DNA of 24,905 bases from a virus. Taxonomy: Duplodnaviria > Caudoviricetes. The stretch lies in IMG/VR virus record IMGVR_UViG_3300006802_000519, positions 1 through 24,905 of that record, one strand, 5' to 3'. Of this stretch, positions 7,992 through 16,018 are shown in pieces; position 1 is the first letter of the stretch; every line of letters begins with the position of its first letter. A program made the position numbers and the translations under genes. The notes under the pieces are model-generated. The model searched no databases, was not told the DNA's origin, and saw only the letters and a program-made list of their open reading frames with translations.

Positions 7992-8417
7992 CTAGACTGC
8001 AACCCAAGCCGCAGTAGCAGAGTTATAAATAAACAAACCTGGAACAAGCTTGTCATAGTGAAGTTGGCCATCGACTGGGTTAACAGGCTTTCCATTACTG
8101 TTCGATGCAACGGCTTTTACGGTTTGCCAGGACGTTCCATCAAAAATCTTATAGATGTAAGTACTGGCTGTATCAAGCCAAGACTCGCCTTTACTAAAAA
8201 CGTTGTAGCCAGCCGCTGGCGTATTAGGAGCTGCAGAGCCAATAAATGTTGGCCCAACTTTAATTAGCTTTGTGGAGGGAGAAGCAGTACTGTCAGCAAA
8301 GTACAGACCAGGGTCACCTGGATTTAGGTTGATTGCAATCTCAGCGGCGCCAAGTCGCGTCGGATATGGCCGATCGTAAAGAAGAGTTGAACGCCGAGAT
8401 AGGATTTGTACGGCCAT
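7992..8417 (-). CDS. Virion / tail-associated protein
   Basis: MAVQILSRRS...AEIAINLN...LYFAD; GESWLDT...IFDGTSW; GQLHYD...YNSATAAW. These are fibre-type motifs. Confidence 0.7.
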   Translation of the reverse strand: MAVQILSRRSTLLYDRPYPTRLGAAEIAINLNPGDPGLYFADSTASPSTKLIKVGPTFIGSAAPNTPAAGYNVFSKGESWLDTASTYIYKIFDGTSWQTVKAVASNSNGKPVNPVDGQLHYDKLVPGLFIYNSATAAWVAV

Positions 8418-8419
8418 GG

Positions 8420-10720
8420 TTAAGAGTTAATATAAGGACCGGCATCGACCAAGGTGTCTTGAGCCGTGACTGGACTATACGTACTGCATTCTATTGTACT
8501 CAGTGATCCAGCAGGCTCCACTGGTACACCATTTAAGTAACGGCCTCCATCAACCAAACCGAAACGGAATCCAGAATCGTAGTTGATCAAAGGCTGATCC
8601 AACATGCCAATTTTGACATCCTGAATCTGAGTCGGTTGTAGATTGAGCAGCTTGGACATCATGAACAACATGAGGTCTGCAGTATTAAGAAGCTTACCAG
8701 TTCTACTGAGGGCACCAGATTCATCCCGCCGGATGTTATCTGTCATCAGCATCGTAACCAACTGCGGATCATAATCAGCTACCTGCTCCGGCTGATTATA
8801 GGAGCCCGTTACCGACTTGGCACCGACCCACTTCATTCCTTGCTGCATCATGACAAGTCGCTCAGCGGCCAACTGTAGCTTCTCGTTTTCTTTTTCAAAA
8901 TTACGATAGAACGTATCAAGATCGTCGCCGATCGGCTTGTCACTTGGCTCCAGAAGCCAGCTGCCAACGTACTCATGTTCTTTAACGTTGGACACGGTGC
9001 AGTATCCAGATGTCGTAGAGCTAAATGGATAAACGACAGTAAATGTGTTTTTGTTTACAACAGAGCTGACGGTGTACTGACCCGATATGGCATTACCACT
9101 AGTGAAATCTAATTGGATCTTTGTATTAGCTTGTAAGTTGTGATTCGGCGAAGTGATTGTGATTGTTGCACCTGTTTGCGAATATTGTGACGCAATCGAG
9201 ATTGGCACATTACCCTCATCGTGCTGCAGCGCAAACATCGCGGCGTAGATATGCTTACACCAGCGCAGTTGATAATACATCAAGTTTGGGTAAGAGCTAT
9301 CTGCTTTATCAGAGTAACTGGGTAACTGATAGAAATTATTGATAGCCACATAACCAAGATCACTGTAAACGCCAGGGTTGTCCCTGGTGTCAGACAGACT
9401 ATTGTCTGGGTTTTCTGATTGCCCTGGCTTTGTTGAATGAATTGTTGTTACAGGGAACCGACGCTTCTGCGATTCCTTAAAGAAATTAAATTTCTCGCGC
9501 CGCAAATAATCATGACAACTGCACTGCCAACGTAGCTCTGTTGTTAGAAAACGTCCTACTGTAAAGCCGCGATGTGCGGGAACAACGGTTTGCGTAATGT
9601 TGTTCGTTGTCGTTGCACCATAGCTATCGTCTCTTTGGAATATGATTTCATTGGTAGACGCATCTGTTCCTGTTACGGTATAGCCAACATAGTCATCATA
9701 TGCATATCCTTGAATCAACCGGTTGACAATTAAATTACCAGATGTTGATCCGCTATCAATTGTTGTAAACGTAAATTGAGTGCTACTGGTAACAGTAACG
9801 TTATACAAATCTGAACCGACAAGACCGCTTGTAACCGCCACAAAAACACGGTTCCCTGTGGCAAGTCCATGCTGTGCCGTGCAGTTTACAGTAACCAGGG
9901 ATCCAACCCTGGAGTAAGTGGAGAGGATGCCTGGATCCCTTTCAATGACACGATCAGCCAAACGCTCCCCACTGAAGAAGGTTACTGGAAGAGGGAGCGT
10001 TCTTAGCCGAACGCGTGTCGTTGTCCAGCGCGAGTCGGAGAATACGGTCGACAAATAGTAAAGAAGATTGCCTGACGTAGTGGCTGCAGCGGCCGCAGTT
10101 ACAGTAAAGGTATTCTGCGTACGGCTTACAATCGGCAACGTAGCGTCCACGCCAGCACCGGACAGCATGTCCAAATAGACACTTTCTCCGACCCGTAAAC
10201 CGTGATCAGCTTTAGTTACAACGAGGGAAGTACCAATTTGTGAATAAGTTGCAGATACAGATTCCCCAAGGTAACGTACAGCAAGTATAGGTAAGCCAAA
10301 ATTATAGAAATTAAACGAATTAGTATCTCGCATGCCAACCATCTGCTCACCAATCTCTTGGTTTGTAGACGGAAATGTGAAAACACGTGCCGGGATAAAG
10401 ACACCAGGGAACTGCTGGAAGGAACAGTACATCCTGTAGTCACCCCTGGTGGCCCGTTCAGCCGCAGACGATCCCAGGACGCTCTGGGTGATCGTGTAGA
10501 GCTCATAGCCACGACGCCAGCGAGCCCACATCGAGTCCTGATCGTAGAAGCGTACACCGCTCTTTAACGACCGATCCTGTGGGGTAAATTTAAACGGGTT
10601 TGTATCGAGATAGCTTTTAGGTACTTTGTTAAATTGTTTTGGATCTTGAAAATCGCCAAAAGATTTCTCGTTAAAATTTAACCTTGATAACGAATTAAAC
10701 CCACCCGAATTGGAAGGCAT
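8420..10720 (-). CDS. Large putative tail/baseplate protein with three beta-barrel repeats and a split SWIM-like Zn finger
   Basis: Three YSxxGxxxxVTxxxHxLxxG/N repeats; WQCSCHDY...WCKHIYAA. 766 aa. Confidence 0.7.
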   Translation of the reverse strand: MPSNSGGFNSLSRLNFNEKSFGDFQDPKQFNKVPKSYLDTNPFKFTPQDRSLKSGVRFYDQDSMWARWRRGYELYTITQSVLGSSAAERATRGDYRMYCSFQQFPGVFIPARVFTFPSTNQEIGEQMVGMRDTNSFNFYNFGLPILAVRYLGESVSATYSQIGTSLVVTKADHGLRVGESVYLDMLSGAGVDATLPIVSRTQNTFTVTAAAAATTSGNLLYYLSTVFSDSRWTTTRVRLRTLPLPVTFFSGERLADRVIERDPGILSTYSRVGSLVTVNCTAQHGLATGNRVFVAVTSGLVGSDLYNVTVTSSTQFTFTTIDSGSTSGNLIVNRLIQGYAYDDYVGYTVTGTDASTNEIIFQRDDSYGATTTNNITQTVVPAHRGFTVGRFLTTELRWQCSCHDYLRREKFNFFKESQKRRFPVTTIHSTKPGQSENPDNSLSDTRDNPGVYSDLGYVAINNFYQLPSYSDKADSSYPNLMYYQLRWCKHIYAAMFALQHDEGNVPISIASQYSQTGATITITSPNHNLQANTKIQLDFTSGNAISGQYTVSSVVNKNTFTVVYPFSSTTSGYCTVSNVKEHEYVGSWLLEPSDKPIGDDLDTFYRNFEKENEKLQLAAERLVMMQQGMKWVGAKSVTGSYNQPEQVADYDPQLVTMLMTDNIRRDESGALSRTGKLLNTADLMLFMMSKLLNLQPTQIQDVKIGMLDQPLINYDSGFRFGLVDGGRYLNGVPVEPAGSLSTIECSTYSPVTAQDTLVDAGPYINS

Positions 10721-10726
10721 CTTACA

Positions 10727-11518
10727 TCAATAGTAACCAGCTTGCACGCCAAAGTAGAAGCCGTTGCTCAGTGAGGTAGCGCCACTAACGGAAACGTACA
10801 GTGCTTGACCACGTTGTAACATCAAGCCACGCATCTTGGGAGCCGTAGTGCTGTTTGCACTGGTAAAGTTTGAACCAGCCTGGACAACCGGGTGATTAAT
10901 CAGAGGTAGCACATTGTTTTGCGTCAGGCTGTAATATTGATTATCGTACGTTGCAGGTACGCTTGCAATGAACAGAGGGAAGAACTGGTTGGTATTTGTG
11001 ACTGTACTGGTACTTACCAGGTAGAAGCAGAAGTCAATCGGGAGATATGCGCTGACGTTACCTGTGATTGGACCAGCGATCGAGGCAGCTGTTGTGCCAG
11101 TGAAGGTTGTACCAGTCACACTGGTTACGGTAATAATTTCGTCAGCAGGCAGCGTACCAGAGCTATAGCTGGTGTAATCCAGATAAACCTTTTGCCCAAC
11201 CTGAACGTTGTGGCCAGCGGAAATCGTTACCGTAACCGTCGTTGAGTTTGCCGAATATGTTCCGGTCGTTGCAGATTGCGCGTCCGTATATAAGTTACTG
11301 CGCTTGGTATATTGCAGCCAAATTTCATCGATGTATGCACCACTAACTGATGTATCCGTTAGCGCAGAGTCGACGTCAAGAATCTTGGTGGAGTTACCGA
11401 CCGCAGTAGGAATCAAACTGGTTGAGAATGCCTGACCAGAGGCCACCGTCACCAGCGTGCTCGTCGTCGCTGGACGGTCAATAAGCATAGGCTGCTTATT
11501 TGAACTAGAACTGGACAA
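10727..11518 (-). CDS. Virion structural protein with one copy of the same beta-barrel repeat
   Basis: TTG start with AGGA upstream. GTYSANSTTVTVTISAGHNVQVGQKVYLDY. S/T-rich. Confidence 0.7.
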   Translation of the reverse strand: MSSSSSNKQPMLIDRPATTSTLVTVASGQAFSTSLIPTAVGNSTKILDVDSALTDTSVSGAYIDEIWLQYTKRSNLYTDAQSATTGTYSANSTTVTVTISAGHNVQVGQKVYLDYTSYSSGTLPADEIITVTSVTGTTFTGTTAASIAGPITGNVSAYLPIDFCFYLVSTSTVTNTNQFFPLFIASVPATYDNQYYSLTQNNVLPLINHPVVQAGSNFTSANSTTAPKMRGLMLQRGQALYVSVSGATSLSNGFYFGVQAGYY

Positions 11519-11581
11519 ATGGTTGACTTCCTGTACCTTGTGTAGTACCTTGAGGGAGAGGGGCTCCTGCCTTTCACCATT

Positions 11582-11725
11582 TTACGCCAGTGAATCGCTC
11601 GCTTTCTCTTCTGTTTTCTTTTTCTTCCGAGCGGCAAGCCACAGCTTGAAATACTGAAGCTCAGCTGGAGAATGAAGTTCAGGATGCTTCAGCGCGTTCT
11701 TTACTAGCTTCTTTTTCTTGGTCAC
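11582..11725 (-). CDS. Small basic protein (47 aa, not in ORF track)
   Basis: AGGAGG RBS then GTG at 11725. MTKKKKLVKNALKHPELHSPAELQYFKLWLAARKKKKTEEKASDSLA*. Confidence 0.7.
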   Translation of the reverse strand: MTKKKKLVKNALKHPELHSPAELQYFKLWLAARKKKKTEEKASDSLA

Positions 11726-11891
11726 GTCCAGGCCTCCTATTCTTTTCTTCCAGTCTAACCCTGGCCTTCTTCACGGCTTCCTTGCGTCGTGTCTTGTCGC
11801 TTTCCTTAACCTTGTCGCCAGACTCCTCACCTTCCTTTTTCTTTTTGAAATGAGCGAGGAGCTCAGGTGGCATTGATTTTTTGCTAGACAT
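11679..11891 (-). CDS. Small K/E/R-rich hypothetical protein
   Basis: MSSKKSMPPELLAHFKKKKE.... Starts 3 nt after the upstream stop. Confidence 0.7.
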   Translation of the reverse strand: MSSKKSMPPELLAHFKKKKEGEESGDKVKESDKTRRKEAVKKARVRLEEKNRRPGRDQEKEASKERAEAS

Positions 11892-11894
11892 TGA

Positions 11895-12386
11895 TCACTG
11901 AGGAGGATTAGATTGTGTGGCGTTAACCGCTGAATCATACGCAGCTCGTGCACTGTTTCTTTCCTTACGTGCGCTGCGCAGCGTCTCACGTGCTTGCTGA
12001 AACTTATCGGATGCTGCACCGATGTTTCCGCGTTCCGCTGCAGCACGCAGACCTGAACGAGCTTCACGCACATCCTGTTTGGCGACACGGGCCGTCTCAC
12101 GTGCGGCTTTAAGTTTGTTCAGCATATAAGCGGCTGATCCGCTGGGCTGCACAGGTCCTAACGATTCAAACTCTGAATCAGGTTTACCAAATACAGCTAA
12201 AATCTCTGATTGTGTAACAGGATCTAAGGCGGCTTGAGATGAACGACGTTTTCCTGTCATCTTGTCGCCAGCGAGACGGCGACTATAAAGATACTGTGGT
12301 GCACCAGATTGCATCTGCTTGCTGCTGGCAATCGAAATGGCGCCTTCCGGCGTGGCTCCCATACCGCCTTTTTTGGCTTGTCCCAC
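11895..12386 (-). CDS. Hypothetical protein with Ala/Arg-rich helical C-terminus
   Basis: GTG start with TAAGGA RBS. TAAAAT box at 12410-12415. Confidence 0.7.
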   Translation of the reverse strand: MGQAKKGGMGATPEGAISIASSKQMQSGAPQYLYSRRLAGDKMTGKRRSSQAALDPVTQSEILAVFGKPDSEFESLGPVQPSGSAAYMLNKLKAARETARVAKQDVREARSGLRAAAERGNIGAASDKFQQARETLRSARKERNSARAAYDSAVNATQSNPPQ

Positions 12387-12426
12387 GTTAATTAGTTTTC
12401 CTTACTTTAATTTTAATGCAATGTAT

Positions 12427-12735
12427 TTAGGGCTGCAAAATATCAGGTACGCGCATTTCTGCACCACCGATGGAAGGGGGAGGCAAATACTTTGGTACGC
12501 CAGGAGATTCAGTAATGTTCAGAATGTCCATTGCCATTCGTCTGCGCGGTTGCTGGCCAGGCCCAGTGCCACTGGATAATGGCGTTTCATAGGGCGACTC
12601 ATTGCGATTGATGCCAAGGGTGTAGCCCAATGTAGCCGTCGGTTCGCTTGCAGGAGCCTGCTCATAAGGTCGTTGACGATCCTCTGGATGGGAAGGTGGA
12701 TTTAACCTACGATTAAAAGTGCCGAGCCGTCCCAT
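12427..12735 (-). CDS. Pro-rich hypothetical protein
   Basis: 102 aa. ATG 1 nt after the upstream stop. Confidence 0.65.
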   Translation of the reverse strand: MGRLGTFNRRLNPPSHPEDRQRPYEQAPASEPTATLGYTLGINRNESPYETPLSSGTGPGQQPRRRMAMDILNITESPGVPKYLPPPSIGGAEMRVPDILQP

Positions 12736-12736
12736 G

Positions 12737-13390
12737 TCAACCTAAGTAATTCGGGGCTTGAAAGATAGCCTGCGTCAACAACGCTGTTGGATTAAACGTA
12801 GAGGCTTGAGCCTCTGGTTTACCTTCTAACTCTTGTTGAATAAAGTAGTTCAAAAAAGCAGATGCTGCATCACTCTTCTTTTTACCACGTGGTAGGTAGA
12901 TGACGGTACCACCCTGTACTGTGGCTTCTGGCATCGCAGCGGATAGTGTTTCACCACTCGTTTCAGCTTGTTTACCACCTTTAGTATGCAGCAAGCGGAT
13001 CTCATATGGATTGCCTTGTGCATCTGTAGTCTGAATGGTGCCGTAACCTTTACCTGGAGTAAAGCTGCCAGGACCTTCCCAGGCTAAGGGAGTCCCACCA
13101 GGAACACCATAATCATGCGCCTGGTGGAATGTTGAGGCTCCTTTTGTTGGGGCAGTGCGCTGTCCGTATCCAGATGTGATTGGGAACGTAGAGCGCCACT
13201 GATCCCCTTCTTGCTGCCAAAGTGACTTGCGTTCCTTACCGACTTTTAGGCGCGTGAGCAGAGAGCGGATCGTGCTGGGATCGATGTATTTGCCATCCTT
13301 AAGTACACGAACATCAAGATGAGGTCCTGTTGTAGGTAAAACATCTTGACCTGCTGGCGCTACATAACCAACGTCGGTAAGGCTAGCCAT
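12737..13390 (-). CDS. M23-like metallopeptidase, circularly permuted (putative virion-associated)
   Basis: N-terminal TTGPHLDVRVLKDGKYIDP precedes PITSGYGQRTAP...FHQAHDYG...GTP...GYG...LLH. TAATG coupling with the upstream gene. Confidence 0.72.
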   Translation of the reverse strand: MASLTDVGYVAPAGQDVLPTTGPHLDVRVLKDGKYIDPSTIRSLLTRLKVGKERKSLWQQEGDQWRSTFPITSGYGQRTAPTKGASTFHQAHDYGVPGGTPLAWEGPGSFTPGKGYGTIQTTDAQGNPYEIRLLHTKGGKQAETSGETLSAAMPEATVQGGTVIYLPRGKKKSDAASAFLNYFIQQELEGKPEAQASTFNPTALLTQAIFQAPNYLG

Positions 13391-14073
13391 TACATTTTAC
13401 CTCCCAGGTAGTCAGGAGTCTGGAAGATTGCCTGCGTTAACAAGGCAGTTGGGTTGAAAGTAGGTGCTTGCTGCATCTTCTTACCCAGTAATTCCTTACC
13501 CAGATAAGCAGTTAAGAAGTCTGCTGCGGTTGACCCTTCATCGTCATCACCTTCTGGCAATACAATGTATGTGGTGCCAGAAGGTGCTGCTTTTCGGATC
13601 GCGGTGTCGCTCGGCGTGCCGCCATCAATGGGGTCACCAAGTGTCGCTTGAGCCTGCTTGTACAGCGCACCGCCTTTAACAAAACGTGGCAGTGAACTTG
13701 CAACAGACGTGCCAAAAGAATCTTTAGCTGTTAAAGAAACGTTAGGATTACCACCAAGGACAGTTGCATACGCCTTAGCAATACCCATGCCTGGCTTATA
13801 TCCACGCTGCTGGAAATACTTCTCAACGTAAGGGAGCTGTTCTGAAATCGTCATCTCCTTACTTGGAAGACCAACTTCCTTTCTGGCGCCAGGGCCAAAC
13901 TGAATCAATCCGCGATACTGGTTGCCTGCACCACCGATGACATTAGGACGGAAGCCAGATTCCTGTTGGATCAGTGCACCAAACTCATATGGATCAAGAC
14001 CAAGTTTTTTTGCAGTTTGGAAGACCGCCGATCTGTCTTCTGGCTTTAATGTACCAATGCGTTGTGTTGCCAT
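13390..14073 (-). CDS. Lytic transglycosylase (SLT/GH23-like), putative virion-associated
   Basis: AKKLGLDP...ALIQQESGFRP (catalytic Glu), YRGLIQF. Start reassigned to ATG 14073, 10 nt after the upstream stop. Confidence 0.82.
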   Translation of the reverse strand: MATQRIGTLKPEDRSAVFQTAKKLGLDPYEFGALIQQESGFRPNVIGGAGNQYRGLIQFGPGARKEVGLPSKEMTISEQLPYVEKYFQQRGYKPGMGIAKAYATVLGGNPNVSLTAKDSFGTSVASSLPRFVKGGALYKQAQATLGDPIDGGTPSDTAIRKAAPSGTTYIVLPEGDDDEGSTAADFLTAYLGKELLGKKMQQAPTFNPTALLTQAIFQTPDYLGGKM

Positions 14074-14083
14074 GGTGGTAGCT

Positions 14084-14563
14084 TCAGCGGAAATCGGTTT
14101 CAAGCATAAGGCGAGTACCGACAGCAACATCGGCAGGCCCAGGTAATGCTTGGATAAATTCAGCGCCTTCTCGATTAAAGCGGTACCTAGCCTGTTCTGG
14201 GTTTCGGTAATTCGGAACATAAAGATGGAGTGCTAATCGATCCGTCTCGTATAAATAGATTGCCGTCCATGTTTTCAGCGTGTCCTTAAAGTCAGAAGTC
14301 GAAATCGTACGATCAACGTCACCAGCGATACTCTCGATACGATTACGGGGGACAGTATTATTATTCACGCTGCCAGTCATGTCGGTGCGTTTTTCAGCCT
14401 CGTCGCACCGATTGATCTGTTCGACAATCTTTGAATACCAGAACGAATCCTGGATGTTGTTGACAGCTTCTTCTAGGCGAGCCTGATCACCAGCAGGGAC
14501 CGACGTAAGGTTATATCCCAGGTGCCAGCGAACTTTGGACTGCAGAAAGCTATCGAGTTGCAT
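14084..14563 (-). CDS. Putative head-tail connector/adaptor protein
   Basis: 159 aa, helical N-terminus KVRWHLGY. Located after the capsid genes. Confidence 0.55.
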   Translation of the reverse strand: MQLDSFLQSKVRWHLGYNLTSVPAGDQARLEEAVNNIQDSFWYSKIVEQINRCDEAEKRTDMTGSVNNNTVPRNRIESIAGDVDRTISTSDFKDTLKTWTAIYLYETDRLALHLYVPNYRNPEQARYRFNREGAEFIQALPGPADVAVGTRLMLETDFR

Positions 14564-14636
14564 TACTAAAAAAGAATGCGTTATAGGCGCAGCTACCTAT
14601 AGCTGCACCCAATAACACACTAGCATGCGCAAATTA

Positions 14637-15077
14637 TCACTCAACGCGAACCAAGTTTTCTTTGAAAATCTCTTCCCAATCAACGCGCTTAATAGCTTTC
14701 AGTTGATCCAGATTTTGGAATTTTTCACCTGCCATCGACGTTTGAAGGTCCTTGATATCGCGGGCTGTTTTAAGGCCGACGCCAGGTAAGGCATCTGCAA
14801 TCTGCCTGGCGCTAGCAGTATTGATGTTAATACGAACGTCAACGGGGAAGGTTTCGCGTGTCGTTGGCTTAGCTGGACGCACACCTTCCGCCTCCAGCTC
14901 GGCGGTTAAACGTTCTTCTGTTCGGATCTTTTCATTAGTTGCCTCCAGGTGTGGCGTAAGATCTGATTCCTCAATGTAAAGAACTTCGTCTTGTGAATCA
15001 ACGCACATCAAAACTCCATCTCCGTGCTTGGAGACAACCTCAACAAGACCACCGGTAAGACGGTATTGATACAGCAT
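14637..15077 (-). CDS. Helix-hairpin-helix (ComEA-like) DNA-binding protein
   Basis: RININTASARQIADALPGVGLKTARDI...FQNLDQLKAIKRV. Confidence 0.85.
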   Translation of the reverse strand: MLYQYRLTGGLVEVVSKHGDGVLMCVDSQDEVLYIEESDLTPHLEATNEKIRTEERLTAELEAEGVRPAKPTTRETFPVDVRININTASARQIADALPGVGLKTARDIKDLQTSMAGEKFQNLDQLKAIKRVDWEEIFKENLVRVE

Positions 15078-15136
15078 AATTGCTCAGCTATCTCCGCTTA
15101 GCTTACCAAGGTTAATCCTTGCTTTCAAGTAGGCAC

Positions 15137-15163
15137 AAAAAAAGCGGGCCAAAAGACCCGCTT
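15137..15163 (-). terminator. Intrinsic terminator after the capsid operon
   Basis: Minus strand AAGCGGGTC-TTTT-GGCCCGCTT followed by a T run. Confidence 0.8.
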
Positions 15164-15181
15164 AATTTTATGTTAAAACAA

Positions 15182-16000
15182 TCAGCTATCAGTGCCGCCA
15201 ACTTGCGAAGCAAAGTCGACGAAGCCCTGGATATCGGTCCAGGACACGGCAGCTGCAGGACGCAGGTAGTTAACACGGCACAGGATGTAACCGGACTTAC
15301 CAGCATCCTTATCAGCGGAGCTAATGAACACGCCATCACCGTCAACGGTGGTCGAGGTCACACCGTTCACGTTGAACACCTTGAAGGTGGTGTCCGCAGT
15401 GACGCGGTAGAACATCGAGTTAGCGAAGTCAGCTGCCACGATACCAGCAGTGGTCACACTGGCGGTAAAGGGAAGGTCAGCAACAGTGGTGTCGCTCAGA
15501 CCTTGGGCGAACAGCGAGCTGGTGGCGCTCACGATGGAGCTAGCAGCAGCAAGGCCATTGGCTTGGGTAGCGGGAACACCAAAGGGCGAACCAGCGTTGT
15601 TGGGACCGAGGAGCAGGCCTTCGGTCGAGGTGCCACCGATGTCAGCGGTCACAGGCGAGGCAGGGAAGCCGGCCAGGCCACCGCTCGGATAGTCACGAGC
15701 AATCGCGATAGAAGCGCCGTAGATGTAGGCGGGACGATCGCTGCTTGCTTGCACCACCAGGGAGGTGCGGTTGTCACGCACACGGTCGTCAGGACGACGA
15801 TCGGGAGACGGGACAGTGATGTCGAAGCTCTTGTAGCTAGCCTTATCGGCAGCCAGGTTATCGATTTTAACGTAACCAATCAGTTCGAAAGCTTCGACGC
15901 CGGGCCAACCATACACACCTTCGGTGTTGTAGGAGGACAGGCGGTTGATCTGATTACCGGGCTGAAGGATAGCACCGGCTTCTTCTTTGTAAGTTGCCAT
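15182..16000 (-). CDS. Putative minor capsid / decoration protein
   Basis: Directly follows MCP with a strong AGGAGGT RBS and highly biased codon usage, then a terminator. Confidence 0.65.
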   Translation of the reverse strand: MATYKEEAGAILQPGNQINRLSSYNTEGVYGWPGVEAFELIGYVKIDNLAADKASYKSFDITVPSPDRRPDDRVRDNRTSLVVQASSDRPAYIYGASIAIARDYPSGGLAGFPASPVTADIGGTSTEGLLLGPNNAGSPFGVPATQANGLAAASSIVSATSSLFAQGLSDTTVADLPFTASVTTAGIVAADFANSMFYRVTADTTFKVFNVNGVTSTTVDGDGVFISSADKDAGKSGYILCRVNYLRPAAAVSWTDIQGFVDFASQVGGTDS

Positions 16001-16018
16001 TGTTAGTTACCTCCTATA

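Noticed and set aside
14074-14220. N-terminal signal-peptide-like extension of the transglycosylase in the ORF track
   Set aside because: It overlaps the adaptor gene by 137 nt. ATG 14073 just after the upstream stop is more parsimonious, although the extension is not strictly excluded.
14589-14606. Hairpin GCAGCTA-CCTA-TAGCTGC as a terminator
   Set aside because: No adjacent U-tract on either strand; function unclear.
15119-16006. 295-aa plus-strand ORF antisense to the putative minor capsid gene
   Set aside because: It mirrors a strongly codon-biased gene in register, has no RBS or recognisable motifs, and crosses the terminator. Shadow ORF.
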